From: a virus
Lineage: Duplodnaviria; Caudoviricetes
Strand: one strand, 5' to 3'
Length of the DNA: 55,126 nucleotides
Virus record (IMG/VR): IMGVR_UViG_3300048672_000495
Location: 1-55,126 of that record
The first letter of the stretch is position 1, and each line of letters opens with the position of its first letter. The notes under the pieces were generated by a model, which searched no databases, was not told where the DNA came from, and saw only the letters and a program-made list of their open reading frames with translations. Shown piece by piece: positions 15,661-24,047 of this stretch. The position numbers were made by a program, and so were the translations under genes.

Positions 15661-16508
15661 GAAGTATGACTAGTACTTTTTATATAGATATCTTGAGTCG
15701 TCGAAACTCTCAATCTCCACTGTTTTTTAAGAGCTGGGACTCTGCCAGGTTTATGCTCGGTAGCCGAGCACCAGCCGTATCGCGTCGTACTGGGTTTCTT
15801 TGTGTGGTAAGAGCTACTTACCTACACGTATGTGTTCCTAAGTTGGTACCATAAAGGGTTCGAGACCGCGTACTAGGTAACACAATATAACAACGTCTCC
15901 CGACGTTGGCTGGATCATGTTGGGTTGCCTCTGCATCCACGATCTGATCCGCAACAAGCTCGATAGCACTCCAAAGCTATCGCATTTAAGTCCAATTCGG
16001 GCAGGATTCCATCCTGGGGTGGACACTAAATAAACCGACTCTCACGGTATTCTAGATCTAAGTTTCGCTTGATGGCCCTTGCATGCTAGTCTGCGGCACT
16101 CGCTACACCAGTCTATATAAGGAGCTGCTCGACTGGTATCTGCGCTGCTCGCTAATCTTATAATTCGTCTTGGATTTGATTAAGATCCAATGTAACGTCT
16201 ACACTTATATTAACCTCCGGGCCGCATGTAGACGCCTCCCAGATTCTGCCTTTCGTTGTTGTGAGACTATTTTGCGATCTTCCCACTACTACTCGCAGCC
16301 GCTTATATGCCGGGCCAGATCAGACATCCTGGTTTAAGTCCTTATGTCAGAGACTACCAACTTAAGTTTTGGCAAACTAACTATACGGATGACACCAGAA
16401 TAGTCATAGGAGAGTAATCTCTTTAGGTAACAGGCACGCAAATGCTTTCGACCTTATTAGACACCTACGGTCAGGAGACTCAGAGAAATCAGACTCATCT
16501 GACTAATC
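15660..16508 (-). ncRNA. large (~850 nt) structured non-coding RNA candidate
   Basis: No credible ORF; many hairpins (TTGGAT..ATCCAA, ACCAGTC..GACTGGT, CAGGAT-GGA-ATCCTG, CGATAGC..GCTATCG, TGCTCGG-CTA-CCGAGCA, GGTAAG..CTTACC) and AGTA/GAA motifs. Confidence 0.55.
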
Positions 16509-16559
16509 TACGACTGACCGTTTCGACCGAATTGCACGGTCTCATCAGGATGCTTTAAT
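16502..16559 (-). ncRNA. type I hammerhead ribozyme
   Basis: minus: ATC-CTGATGA-GACCG tgcaatt CGGTC-GAAA-CGG tcag TCG-TA^GAT; full core, stems II and III, GUA cleavage triplet (cut 16509/16508); stem I short or bulged. Confidence 0.75.
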
Positions 16560-16634
16560 TGGTACCCCTTATGGGTTTCGATCCCATCTGCACAACGTGA
16601 AAGGCTGTTGACCTCGCCAGAAGTCCAAAGGGGC
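16560..16634 (-). tRNA. trnE: tRNA-Glu(UUC)
   Basis: GCCCCTT/AAGGGGT acceptor, loop CTTTCAC, T loop ATCGAAA, ACCA end. Confidence 0.88.
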
Positions 16635-16734
16635 ATAAATAGGGGATGGCTGTCGACCTGGTATAATTTTCACGACACTTAGTTCATCTATTCCCAACCA
16701 TGTATGGGAACCAAAGAGCACCATCTGGAAAATT

Positions 16735-16806
16735 GTAGTATAAGCTCGCCGTCTACTCACGCTGCCTCTGCTTGACGTCCCTTTACAAGGTAACGTGTTA
16801 TACTAC
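16735..16806 (-). ncRNA. stem-closed small RNA candidate
   Basis: GTAGTATAA / TTATACTAC 9-bp terminal stem, first element after promoter. Confidence 0.4.
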
Positions 16807-16844
16807 GCGCCGGTGATTCCGGTCTTTCTCTCACTTCAACATCT

Positions 16845-16967
16845 ATTATACATGAAAAGGGGATGCGAATCAAGACAATATTTATTGATCTGAATCGCTG
16901 CTTTTCTTCTTGTCGCTAATTCCCCAGTCCATATACATATTATACATGAAAGGAGCCCCAGGATCAA
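16845..16967 (-). promoter_or_regulatory. two tandem sigma70-type promoters
   Basis: TTGATT-17-TATAAT (~16845-16873) and TTGATC-17-TATAAT (~16939-16967), sharing TTTCATGTATAAT. Confidence 0.8.
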
Positions 16968-16998
16968 GTGAGAATTTTTGATCCTAGGCTCCGCACCG

Positions 16999-17310
16999 TC
17001 AGGCTTCGAGAGCCTTCAGGACGAACATCAGAGCCGGACCCGTGGCCTTTTCCAGCGACTCCACCTGTTCTTCGGACGCGCCGACCGCCTTGGCGATCTT
17101 GGCAACCATTTCCGCCTTCAGCATCTCACGCTTGCCGGCTTCCTTGGCCTTGGGGACGTACACACCTTCCTTCGACAGCTTGGCGATCACCGAGCGTGCC
17201 GACTTGCCCAGCTTGACAGCCAGAGCTTCCACAGCCACACCAGCTTGATAGCCGGCAACCAGTTCCGCAACCTGTTCGGCGGAATAATTCGCAACCTTTT
17301 CAGCAGACAT
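16999..17310 (-). CDS. T5 A2-like DNA-binding protein
   Basis: NYS..LGKSARSVIAKLSKEGVY..ESLEKA; GGAGAG RBS; promoter TTGAGG-17-TATAAT upstream. Confidence 0.75.
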   Translation of the reverse strand: MSAEKVANYSAEQVAELVAGYQAGVAVEALAVKLGKSARSVIAKLSKEGVYVPKAKEAGKREMLKAEMVAKIAKAVGASEEQVESLEKATGPALMFVLKALEA

Positions 17311-17559
17311 TTTCTCTCTCCTATGTTAATGGGTTAATTTATTCGGATTGTTCTGCGATCCGATAAAGAATTATAAATCGTTTGGATAAAAGCCTCAAGT
17401 GAATATTTTTTAATGTATACTCGTGGCTCAACATTTTTTGGATACAAACGCGCACGTTAAAACTTATGCGGGCCGGCTGCCTACGCAGCGTTGGGTTATG
17501 CTTGATCTCCCAATCCATTTCATTATTATACGCGGGAAATTTCAAAAATTCAAGAAAAT

Positions 17560-18110
17560 TATTTCCGACCTTACGACTAATTGGGGTCAGGCTCAGAAAA
17601 ATTCACTTGACAGCGCGTGGTCGCGCGAGTATAATGGGCGCGGCCAAATTATACCGCTTTACCACTGGCGCAGAACGCACTAAGTGTATTTTTTGTAGCA
17701 CTACCACTGGCGCAGCGCACTGCTTTTTTTCGACGTGAGCGCTCACTAACGTCCAAATGTGTGTAAGTGCTTACATTGAATGCGAGTGAGAATGATTCGC
17801 GTTCAGGGCCCGAATTGTAGCCTATGTAACAGATTGTAAAAGTCATTGACACACCCCAATTTTATGTGATAAAATTGGCGCGCCCGAAGTGAGTGCTCAC
17901 TTCGCTACCGGGCAAAACAAAAACCGCGGCCGCGGTTTTTGAAAGTGAGTACCTGCTATGCGCAGGGATGCCAACCTAGCGGCTACCGATGGCGTCGGGT
18001 CACGGCCGCGTTTCTCGCTTTTTTGTCAATAGGGATTTACCCTATACCCGCCGCGATGACTTTATGCACGCATTGCGGGATTTAATCAATAGGGGTTTCC
18101 CCCTATTGAT
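17560..18110. repeat. palindrome/direct-repeat-rich non-coding block (injection-stop-signal-like)
   Basis: TACCACTGGCGCAG x2, CGAAGTGAGTGCTCACTTCG, AAAACCGCGGCCGCGGTTTT, ATCAATAGGGG..CCCCTATTGAT. Confidence 0.55.
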
Positions 18111-18502
18111 TATTCGCCTACCGGGGCGACTTCGCCAGCCCTTTCCTCGCCATTTTCCAGCGGTTTGCTGTTGGCGAGCGCCGTGAAAATTTTCACCAGA
18201 GCGGTTTTGTTCGCCTTTGTGAGCGATTCCGTTTCCGATTCGGTCAACTTCAAAACCGCGCCGATCGCATCGGCGTGCGCGTCTTTCTTGACCGGCTTTT
18301 CGCCGTTCTTGCTGACATACGCCTTCGCCTTGTATACGCCTTCTTTCGTGAGCTTGGCGATCACGCTGCGAGCAGTCTTGCCGATGGCAACAGCCATCTT
18401 TTCGACGTTTTCCTTACTCGCGTCGGCAGCGTAGCCCGCGAGAATGGTTGCGGTTTGCGCATCGGTGTAATTCGGTGCCTTGACAGTCTTTTCGGTAGCC
18501 AT
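18110..18502 (-). CDS. T5 A2-like DNA-binding protein
   Basis: NYT..IGKTARSVIAKLTKEGVY..ESLTKA. Confidence 0.75.
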   Translation of the reverse strand: MATEKTVKAPNYTDAQTATILAGYAADASKENVEKMAVAIGKTARSVIAKLTKEGVYKAKAYVSKNGEKPVKKDAHADAIGAVLKLTESETESLTKANKTALVKIFTALANSKPLENGEERAGEVAPVGE

Positions 18503-18625
18503 TTTTTGCCCTTTCGTGGCAGTTGTGAAGTGAAGTAGAGACTATACCGGAATCCGAAAACCTTGTCAACTGTGGGGTTATTTCCCGTTGTTGCGTTGCG
18601 TTTGGTTTCTTGATCCGATAAGTAG

Positions 18626-18842
18626 ATTATGAGGCATGGCAGGCCAGCGCGCAAGTGTTATTACAAACTGTTACAATTGCATTTTCCTACCATATGCCCG
18701 CGTGCATGTCAAGCAGTATTACAAACTGTTACAATTGCCCGGCCTGGGGCCTGTTACATCTTGTTACAAAAAACCGCTTGACGCGGGCCAAAATTATATG
18801 ATATAATTTTGGCGCCCGAAGTTAGTGAGTACTCACTAACTT
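18626..18842. promoter_or_regulatory. repeated pre-early regulatory cassette (representative copy)
   Basis: minus promoter(s) + TTACAAACTGTTACA boxes + plus TTGACG-18-TATAAT within palindrome + GGCGC + AAGTTAGTGAGTACTCACTAACTT; related cassettes at ~17825, 20503, 21739, 22627, 23377. Confidence 0.75.
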
Positions 18843-18880
18843 AGTATATAAAATAATATGGGGCATATTGCCCCATATTA

Positions 18881-19234
18881 TTAAACTATAACCCAGTATC
18901 TGTCGAGTAGATACCGCGCCCACGGTTTGAATTGTGTTTTCTCACCGTGGCCGAATCTATACCCATTTTCGTGCTGCCAGATATGGATATATTCGTGAAA
19001 CAAACACCCGAGCATTTTCTCCAGAGTATCCGAATACTGTTCAGATACTAGAATAACGTGAGTTTTTTTGTTCTTGCCGAGATACCCCGGATAATGGTAT
19101 AATGCTGCACATTCGTCACCATCCTGGTATATATGTTTCACGCGGAAAACATATACCGGCAATTTTACGTCGAATATCGAATCCATTAGCGGACCATATG
19201 GATTCGATATTCTTTGCATTTTGTTATTTGGCAC
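18881..19234 (-). CDS. SprT-like HEXXH metalloprotease
   Basis: LFHEYIHIWQ..GHG..F. Confidence 0.65.
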   Translation of the reverse strand: MPNNKMQRISNPYGPLMDSIFDVKLPVYVFRVKHIYQDGDECAALYHYPGYLGKNKKTHVILVSEQYSDTLEKMLGCLFHEYIHIWQHENGYRFGHGEKTQFKPWARYLLDRYWVIV

Positions 19235-19922
19235 AGAAATGATCCTTTACTTGAAAAGATTTCCAGTTATATGCAATTGTTTTTTCTTGCCAATTGCGTT
19301 TCTTGAGAATATGCACCAGAGTCGGCAATTCATATCCGATAATATCCTCAATTGAAGTATGCGGTTCGTCAGTCATACTACCAGTGAGAAACCCAGTAAC
19401 TGCTTCGGCAGTTGTCGAATATGTCATATTACCGAATTTCGTGCGAGCATTGAACAAATGATTGTCAATGGCAAACTGTCGATATGCCTTAGTTTGACAG
19501 ATATTGCCAACGGCCGCGCCCCATAAACAAAACCGATTTGAAAACATATTCAAATCAATTTGAGTATTTGCACATTTACTCGCATCAAATGCGAGATTAT
19601 ATGCCGTAAGTGTCGGGTTATACTTACCCGCTGCTTTTTCCAGCCAACGATTTACTGCGTTTGCGCTTGCGAGCATACGCGAACCCGCTGTTAGCATCGC
19701 ATTATAAGAATCCATGCGTGCAGACACGTTCGCAGCAGACCAGATACCCGGCGCATTCTTATCGTAAAAAAGCGAGTCAACACCAAAAACAGATTGAACC
19801 AAAACCGCACATTGTGCGGCAATGTTTCCATGCCTATCGCAGACAACCGCGCCAAAATCCGCGACCTTATCCGTGATTGACGTTTCAGTGTCAACGATTA
19901 GGAAAAACTGTTTTTTTGCCAT
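19224..19922 (-). CDS. DEDDh 3'-5' exonuclease
   Basis: IVDTET (ExoI), AYNLAFD (ExoII), HTSIED (ExoIII). Confidence 0.8.
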   Translation of the reverse strand: MAKKQFFLIVDTETSITDKVADFGAVVCDRHGNIAAQCAVLVQSVFGVDSLFYDKNAPGIWSAANVSARMDSYNAMLTAGSRMLASANAVNRWLEKAAGKYNPTLTAYNLAFDASKCANTQIDLNMFSNRFCLWGAAVGNICQTKAYRQFAIDNHLFNARTKFGNMTYSTTAEAVTGFLTGSMTDEPHTSIEDIIGYELPTLVHILKKRNWQEKTIAYNWKSFQVKDHFCAK

Positions 19923-19988
19923 TGTGCGCCTTAGTGGGTGAGCATTGATTATATAGGAAAAACCAGTTGCGTGACTAGGTGTTTACCC

Positions 19989-20465
19989 TTAGTGACCTTG
20001 CACGCTAGGGACATATACCCCGCTGATTTTGAACCTATCACAAACCGCTTTCAGATACTGCACATTATCTTCGTAAAATACTGCGCGAGCGGCCCGAAAC
20101 TGTTTCAAATTGAAGAATTTAATCAACCCGCGAATTTTCAATTTCGCACCGCTGATATTCTCGCCGGGTTTGCGCGAGATTAGATAATCTGGTTTGCCGA
20201 GAATCTCATTTACATATTGCCAGTCTGCCGCGCCCATTTGCCGCGCAGTCGCAATAATAACATAACATTCAGGGTCTGCAATATCTGCCTTATATTGTTG
20301 CGCGAGCGGCAATAACTTATCAAGCATTGCCAGTTTTTCATTTTCTCGCCAATATGGCAAGTCGATTCGTTCGACATTATCCGCACCCATTATTGTGCGG
20401 TATCTATGTGAACTATCAACGATAGTACCGTCCATATCGTAAATAGATACTCTGCGAATTGCCAT
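19989..20465 (-). CDS. dmp: HAD-family deoxynucleoside-5'-monophosphatase, T5 Dmp-like
   Basis: RVSIYDMDGTIVDSSHR..LLPL..IIATAR..FYEDN; start moved to ATG 20465 with AAGGA RBS. Confidence 0.75.
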   Translation of the reverse strand: MAIRRVSIYDMDGTIVDSSHRYRTIMGADNVERIDLPYWRENEKLAMLDKLLPLAQQYKADIADPECYVIIATARQMGAADWQYVNEILGKPDYLISRKPGENISGAKLKIRGLIKFFNLKQFRAARAVFYEDNVQYLKAVCDRFKISGVYVPSVQGH

Positions 20466-20978
20466 TATATTATCCTTTGGTTGATTCGTTTCTGACCCTT
20501 TGAATATACGCTTACCCGCGCAGTGTGTCAATCAGTTTTACAAACTGTTACAATTTCGGCGCGCATAGATTTGGCTAATTGTCAAGTGTTATTACAAACT
20601 GTTACACGGGCCATACTTTGCACCGTTACAAACTGTTACAATAAAGTGCTTGACGCGGCCCAATTTTATGTGATAAAATTGGCGCAAATGTAAGTTAGTG
20701 CTAACTAACTTACGTGATATTAAATAATAAGTAGGAAACAAACCCACGTTATTATTATAAGAATATCACCTATTCGAGTTTGCCCTTCGATGCAAAATGT
20801 TGCGGTACGGGTAATTGGTATTCTCAAATACCATTTACGATACTCAAAAAGGTTTTTCATATGATAATGATTTCCTCAACGCGAACAACCCGCCACCTAT
20901 ATTTTGCATATACTGCGGCCCGAGATTCTGCGAATACCATAATCGCAGTACCATTTTCCAATGCGACGTTAAATAATC

Positions 20979-21266
20979 TCATATTTGCCTCGCAGTGAAT
21001 TTGATTTGAATTTCAGTATCATTACGTTCCCAGATTTTATATCTGAGCATAATAACCAGAAACGCAAGATTTGCCAAATAATTTACCGACAGCGGCAAAT
21101 TACCCATTGGCAAAACGTAAATCAGTGTAAAAACTTCGCCACCAAGCCAGCATAGCAGATATGCCCAATTCAGCCCGCGTGCGTGACCATCACGCGCACA
21201 TTGAATAGCCTGAGGAAAACCGCAAATGCTGAAAAGCATTGAACCAATCCAACCGATAGTTTCCAT
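20979..21266 (-). CDS. PQ-loop/SemiSWEET-like membrane protein
   Basis: 3 TM helices, GFPQAIQ motif, conserved N in TM3. Confidence 0.7.
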   Translation of the reverse strand: METIGWIGSMLFSICGFPQAIQCARDGHARGLNWAYLLCWLGGEVFTLIYVLPMGNLPLSVNYLANLAFLVIMLRYKIWERNDTEIQIKFTARQI

Positions 21267-21698
21267 TTATGCCTCCAATGCGCGCCGAAAAATAATTTCT
21301 TGGTTTGCGAATGCTTGCAATTCCCATGGTTGATTCATATATGGGGTTTTGCGTGGATATTTTACACCATTCCAGATACGCGAGCCATTCTTTGTGTCTG
21401 ACAATTTGCCAGTCGCAAATTGTTTGACATGCGTCAATTCGTGCGCTAGTGACAGCCCGAATTTTTCGAGTGTCATGCCTTTCTTCAGCGAGACAACGAA
21501 CGAACCCGCGAATAGTTCCTGCGCTAATCCCTCGTTTTCCTGTTTCGATACCGTGACAAGCACGAATCCTGCGCGCTTTGACAAATTCAATTGCGCGAGC
21601 ATTGATGGCATGAGCGCATCAAGCCATGTCGCAATGCGCCTGCTTTTCGTGTCGATCAGATATTCCATGCCTAGAGCATACCACGCCACGGTGAACAA
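21267..21698 (-). CDS. HEXXH zinc metallopeptidase
   Basis: LAHELTHVKQF..PYMNQPWELQAF; true start may be ATG 21668. Confidence 0.75.
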   Translation of the reverse strand: MFTVAWYALGMEYLIDTKSRRIATWLDALMPSMLAQLNLSKRAGFVLVTVSKQENEGLAQELFAGSFVVSLKKGMTLEKFGLSLAHELTHVKQFATGKLSDTKNGSRIWNGVKYPRKTPYMNQPWELQAFANQEIIFRRALEA

Positions 21699-21941
21699 TT
21701 TCCTAGGTGTTTACCCTAGTGTGGCAAATTCAGCACGCTTACAAACTGTTACAATAAATCGCTTGACGCACCCCATTTTACTATGGTAAAATGGCGCAAA
21801 TGTTACAAACTTGTAACAGTTTGTAACATCGCTTGACTTATTGCCAACGATTAGGGTCACCGCATATCCAAATGCACCCGACTAGAGTGCACCCCATGAG
21901 AATCAATCCACCAAGACCCACGACAGTGATCAAAAAATCCA

Positions 21942-22322
21942 TTATCTACCTTTCTTTGCGCGCGCAATGCGCATTGCCGACGTTGTGAGAGAATGACAGC
22001 GCGAGGGTTCCAGCCCATAGGCCAGCATCACGCTTTTCCAATGGTAGCCGTGACCGTTATCACGGTACACATCCCACGCTACCATGTGAGCGATTTCATG
22101 TGGAATAATGTCTTGTTTGTATGCTTCGACATTTTCCGCAAACATGACAGGGGCAAGCTCAACAATGCGAGCGTCAAGATTGCAGCGGCCTGCAGTGGTC
22201 TTGAGTCTGCGGTTTAGCTGAATCACGGGCATCGTGTTTTTCAGTGTGAACAGTTGCCCAAAGCGCTGCCAAATTTTGGAGCGCTCGCATTCTGCGATCA
22301 GTTGAAGTGTTTTTTCGTCCAT
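21942..22322 (-). CDS. SprT-family metalloprotease
   Basis: RLKTTAGRC..IPHEIAH..HGYHWKSVM..G..PSRCH. Confidence 0.85.
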   Translation of the reverse strand: MDEKTLQLIAECERSKIWQRFGQLFTLKNTMPVIQLNRRLKTTAGRCNLDARIVELAPVMFAENVEAYKQDIIPHEIAHMVAWDVYRDNGHGYHWKSVMLAYGLEPSRCHSLTTSAMRIARAKKGR

Positions 22323-22331
22323 GACAGGATT

Positions 22332-22550
22332 CTAGCACATCGGCTGACAGAAACGATCCCACATTTCTTGCCCATCGACTTCGTACAAACCCGCATACGG
22401 GCCGAGTTCATCTGAGAGAAATTCGCAGTATTCCTCATCTGTCAAACCAGCGCACAGCAGGTTTTGCAGTTCAGTGACTTCGCCGATTGGCAGGCGTTCG
22501 CAATCCTCGCCAATCATGTCGCAGCGTTGGGGGCCGAGGTCAATTGTCAT
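22332..22550 (-). CDS. hypothetical acidic protein
   Basis: ATG 22550 with GGAGA RBS. Confidence 0.55.
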   Translation of the reverse strand: MTIDLGPQRCDMIGEDCERLPIGEVTELQNLLCAGLTDEEYCEFLSDELGPYAGLYEVDGQEMWDRFCQPMC

Positions 22551-22794
22551 AGTCGTTTCTCCAGTTGACGCATTCATTCTATAGCATCCAGCCAACAATA
22601 ACATAGGTGTTTACCCTAGTGTTGTTTTACAAATTGTTACACGTGCAGCTATTGACACGTCCCAATTATACGTGGTATAATTGGCGCCAATTGTAACAGT
22701 TTGTAACAGTGCTTGACAAAACAAAACCCGCCTAAGCGGGTTTTGAACGTAAGCGGGTCGGAAATTCGCGCCCGCTCAGGCCGTAATTCTCAGC

Positions 22795-22971
22795 CTATAC
22801 GTTTTTATTTGTTAATTCGCACCAATGCCCACGCCACGAGCATTGCAACGGCAGAGGCGCACGCGCAGCGCGGTTCGCATCCTGAGCGCGCTTCTGTGCG
22901 CGAGTGTCGCGAGCAGGCAGTGGGGCGAGGTTCAGGGTAGCACGGATTTCGTTGATACGGGCAAGGTTCAT
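22795..22971 (-). CDS. small basic hypothetical protein (58 aa)
   Basis: hand-translated MNLARINEIRATLNL...; GGAGA RBS, -10 TATAAT at 22998-23003. Confidence 0.5.
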   Translation of the reverse strand: MNLARINEIRATLNLAPLPARDTRAQKRAQDANRAARAPLPLQCSWRGHWCELTNKNV

Positions 22972-23032
22972 TTCGTTTCTCCGGTGTGTGAGTCTGAATT
23001 ATAGCGCACCGATCACGATGCGCTATAGGTGT

Positions 23033-23338
23033 TTACCCTTGATTGTACAAATTCGCGAAGCTTTGCGCGAAGTAGTCGAAATTGTCAGACGTGCAAGGCA
23101 CGGGCACATCACAGCGGCGAATCGCTTGCGATGCGCCGATGAGTCTGTCGAATTTCGGTTCACTTGGCGATTGCCATGCGATGCCCATGCATGCCCATTG
23201 CGAACCCGCAAAGTTTTCGATCAGGGCAATGGTCAGGCCAATGTCACGAAAGAAAAACAGTTCGCCGCCTGCGCTCATAAAGTCATTGCGCATCTCGGTA
23301 TTGTATTTGCGTTGGCCCGCAGTCATCTTCGTTGTCAT
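23033..23338 (-). CDS. hypothetical protein
   Basis: ATG 23338 after ACGAAAGGGCAAA leader, also found before 18502. Confidence 0.65.
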   Translation of the reverse strand: MTTKMTAGQRKYNTEMRNDFMSAGGELFFFRDIGLTIALIENFAGSQWACMGIAWQSPSEPKFDRLIGASQAIRRCDVPVPCTSDNFDYFAQSFANLYNQG

Positions 23339-23514
23339 GGTTTGCCCTTTCGTGGCAGTGGTTGATTGACAATGTAAGTATAGGGCATGGAATAGCACAT
23401 GCAAGCACCTTTACAAACAGTTACAAAGAGTTACAATAAATATGTTGACGCGGGCCTATGCGCTGTGGTAAAATAGGCGCAAATGTAAGTTAGTGCTAAC
23501 TAACTTACATCGTA

Positions 23515-23784
23515 TTAGGGACCGGGGTAGTCTGTGCCGCTAGTGTCTGCAATGACTACCAGATGCGGGACATACTTATGATTACGCCTTGCAAACTCCC
23601 TATTCATAGCGGCGACTGCTTCTTCTGCTGTGTCATAAGCGGCAAGTCTAGAGCCTATGCCACCATGCATTGACGCACGGCTCATGTCAACGAAACGCAC
23701 ATCACGCCAGCCAAAAAATCCATGCTGTTGCATGATGTAGCGCGATCCCTCGCGCGTGATGATGCGAAAATGTTTCAGTTTCAT
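23515..23784 (-). CDS. hypothetical protein
   Basis: ATG 23784, GAGGG RBS, ATGA coupling. Confidence 0.55.
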   Translation of the reverse strand: MKLKHFRIITREGSRYIMQQHGFFGWRDVRFVDMSRASMHGGIGSRLAAYDTAEEAVAAMNREFARRNHKYVPHLVVIADTSGTDYPGP

Positions 23785-24047
23785 TGCTTGTGCCCTCGTT
23801 TGTAAGAAACATGCCCCCACACATCGCGCACGGGCACCGTGAATTGCAGTTTGCAATCCAGTGTCGTGATGGTGATGCTGCTTGTGTCGCGTGACAGTTC
23901 AGTAAGGTCGCGCACGCTGCAATACGCACCACGCTTGCCAGCCCAGATTGAAAAATCTTCACCGTTCAGCCATGCTGTACGCATTGCGTCAACGTCGGCA
24001 TAGTGTTTGCCGGGGGCAGGGATTAGAACAAGTGGTGTTGCAAACAT
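23781..24047 (-). CDS. hypothetical protein (first pre-early gene)
   Basis: GAGGA RBS, promoter TTGTAC-16-TAGAAT upstream. Confidence 0.6.
   Translation of the reverse strand: MFATPLVLIPAPGKHYADVDAMRTAWLNGEDFSIWAGKRGAYCSVRDLTELSRDTSSITITTLDCKLQFTVPVRDVWGHVSYKRGHKQ

Noticed and set aside
16435-16485. Second hammerhead (GACC..GGTC-GAAA on minus strand)
   Set aside because: No CUGANGA core adjacent to stem II and no valid cleavage triplet
15597-16760. Short ORFs 15597-15854, 15838-16026, 16569-16760
   Set aside because: Weak starts without RBS; they overlap the tRNA, terminator and hairpins, so the region is better explained as RNA
16968-18654. Multiple overlapping plus/minus short ORFs in the GC-rich block
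   Set aside because: Expected by chance at higher GC; only the A2-like frames have RBS, promoters and paralogy
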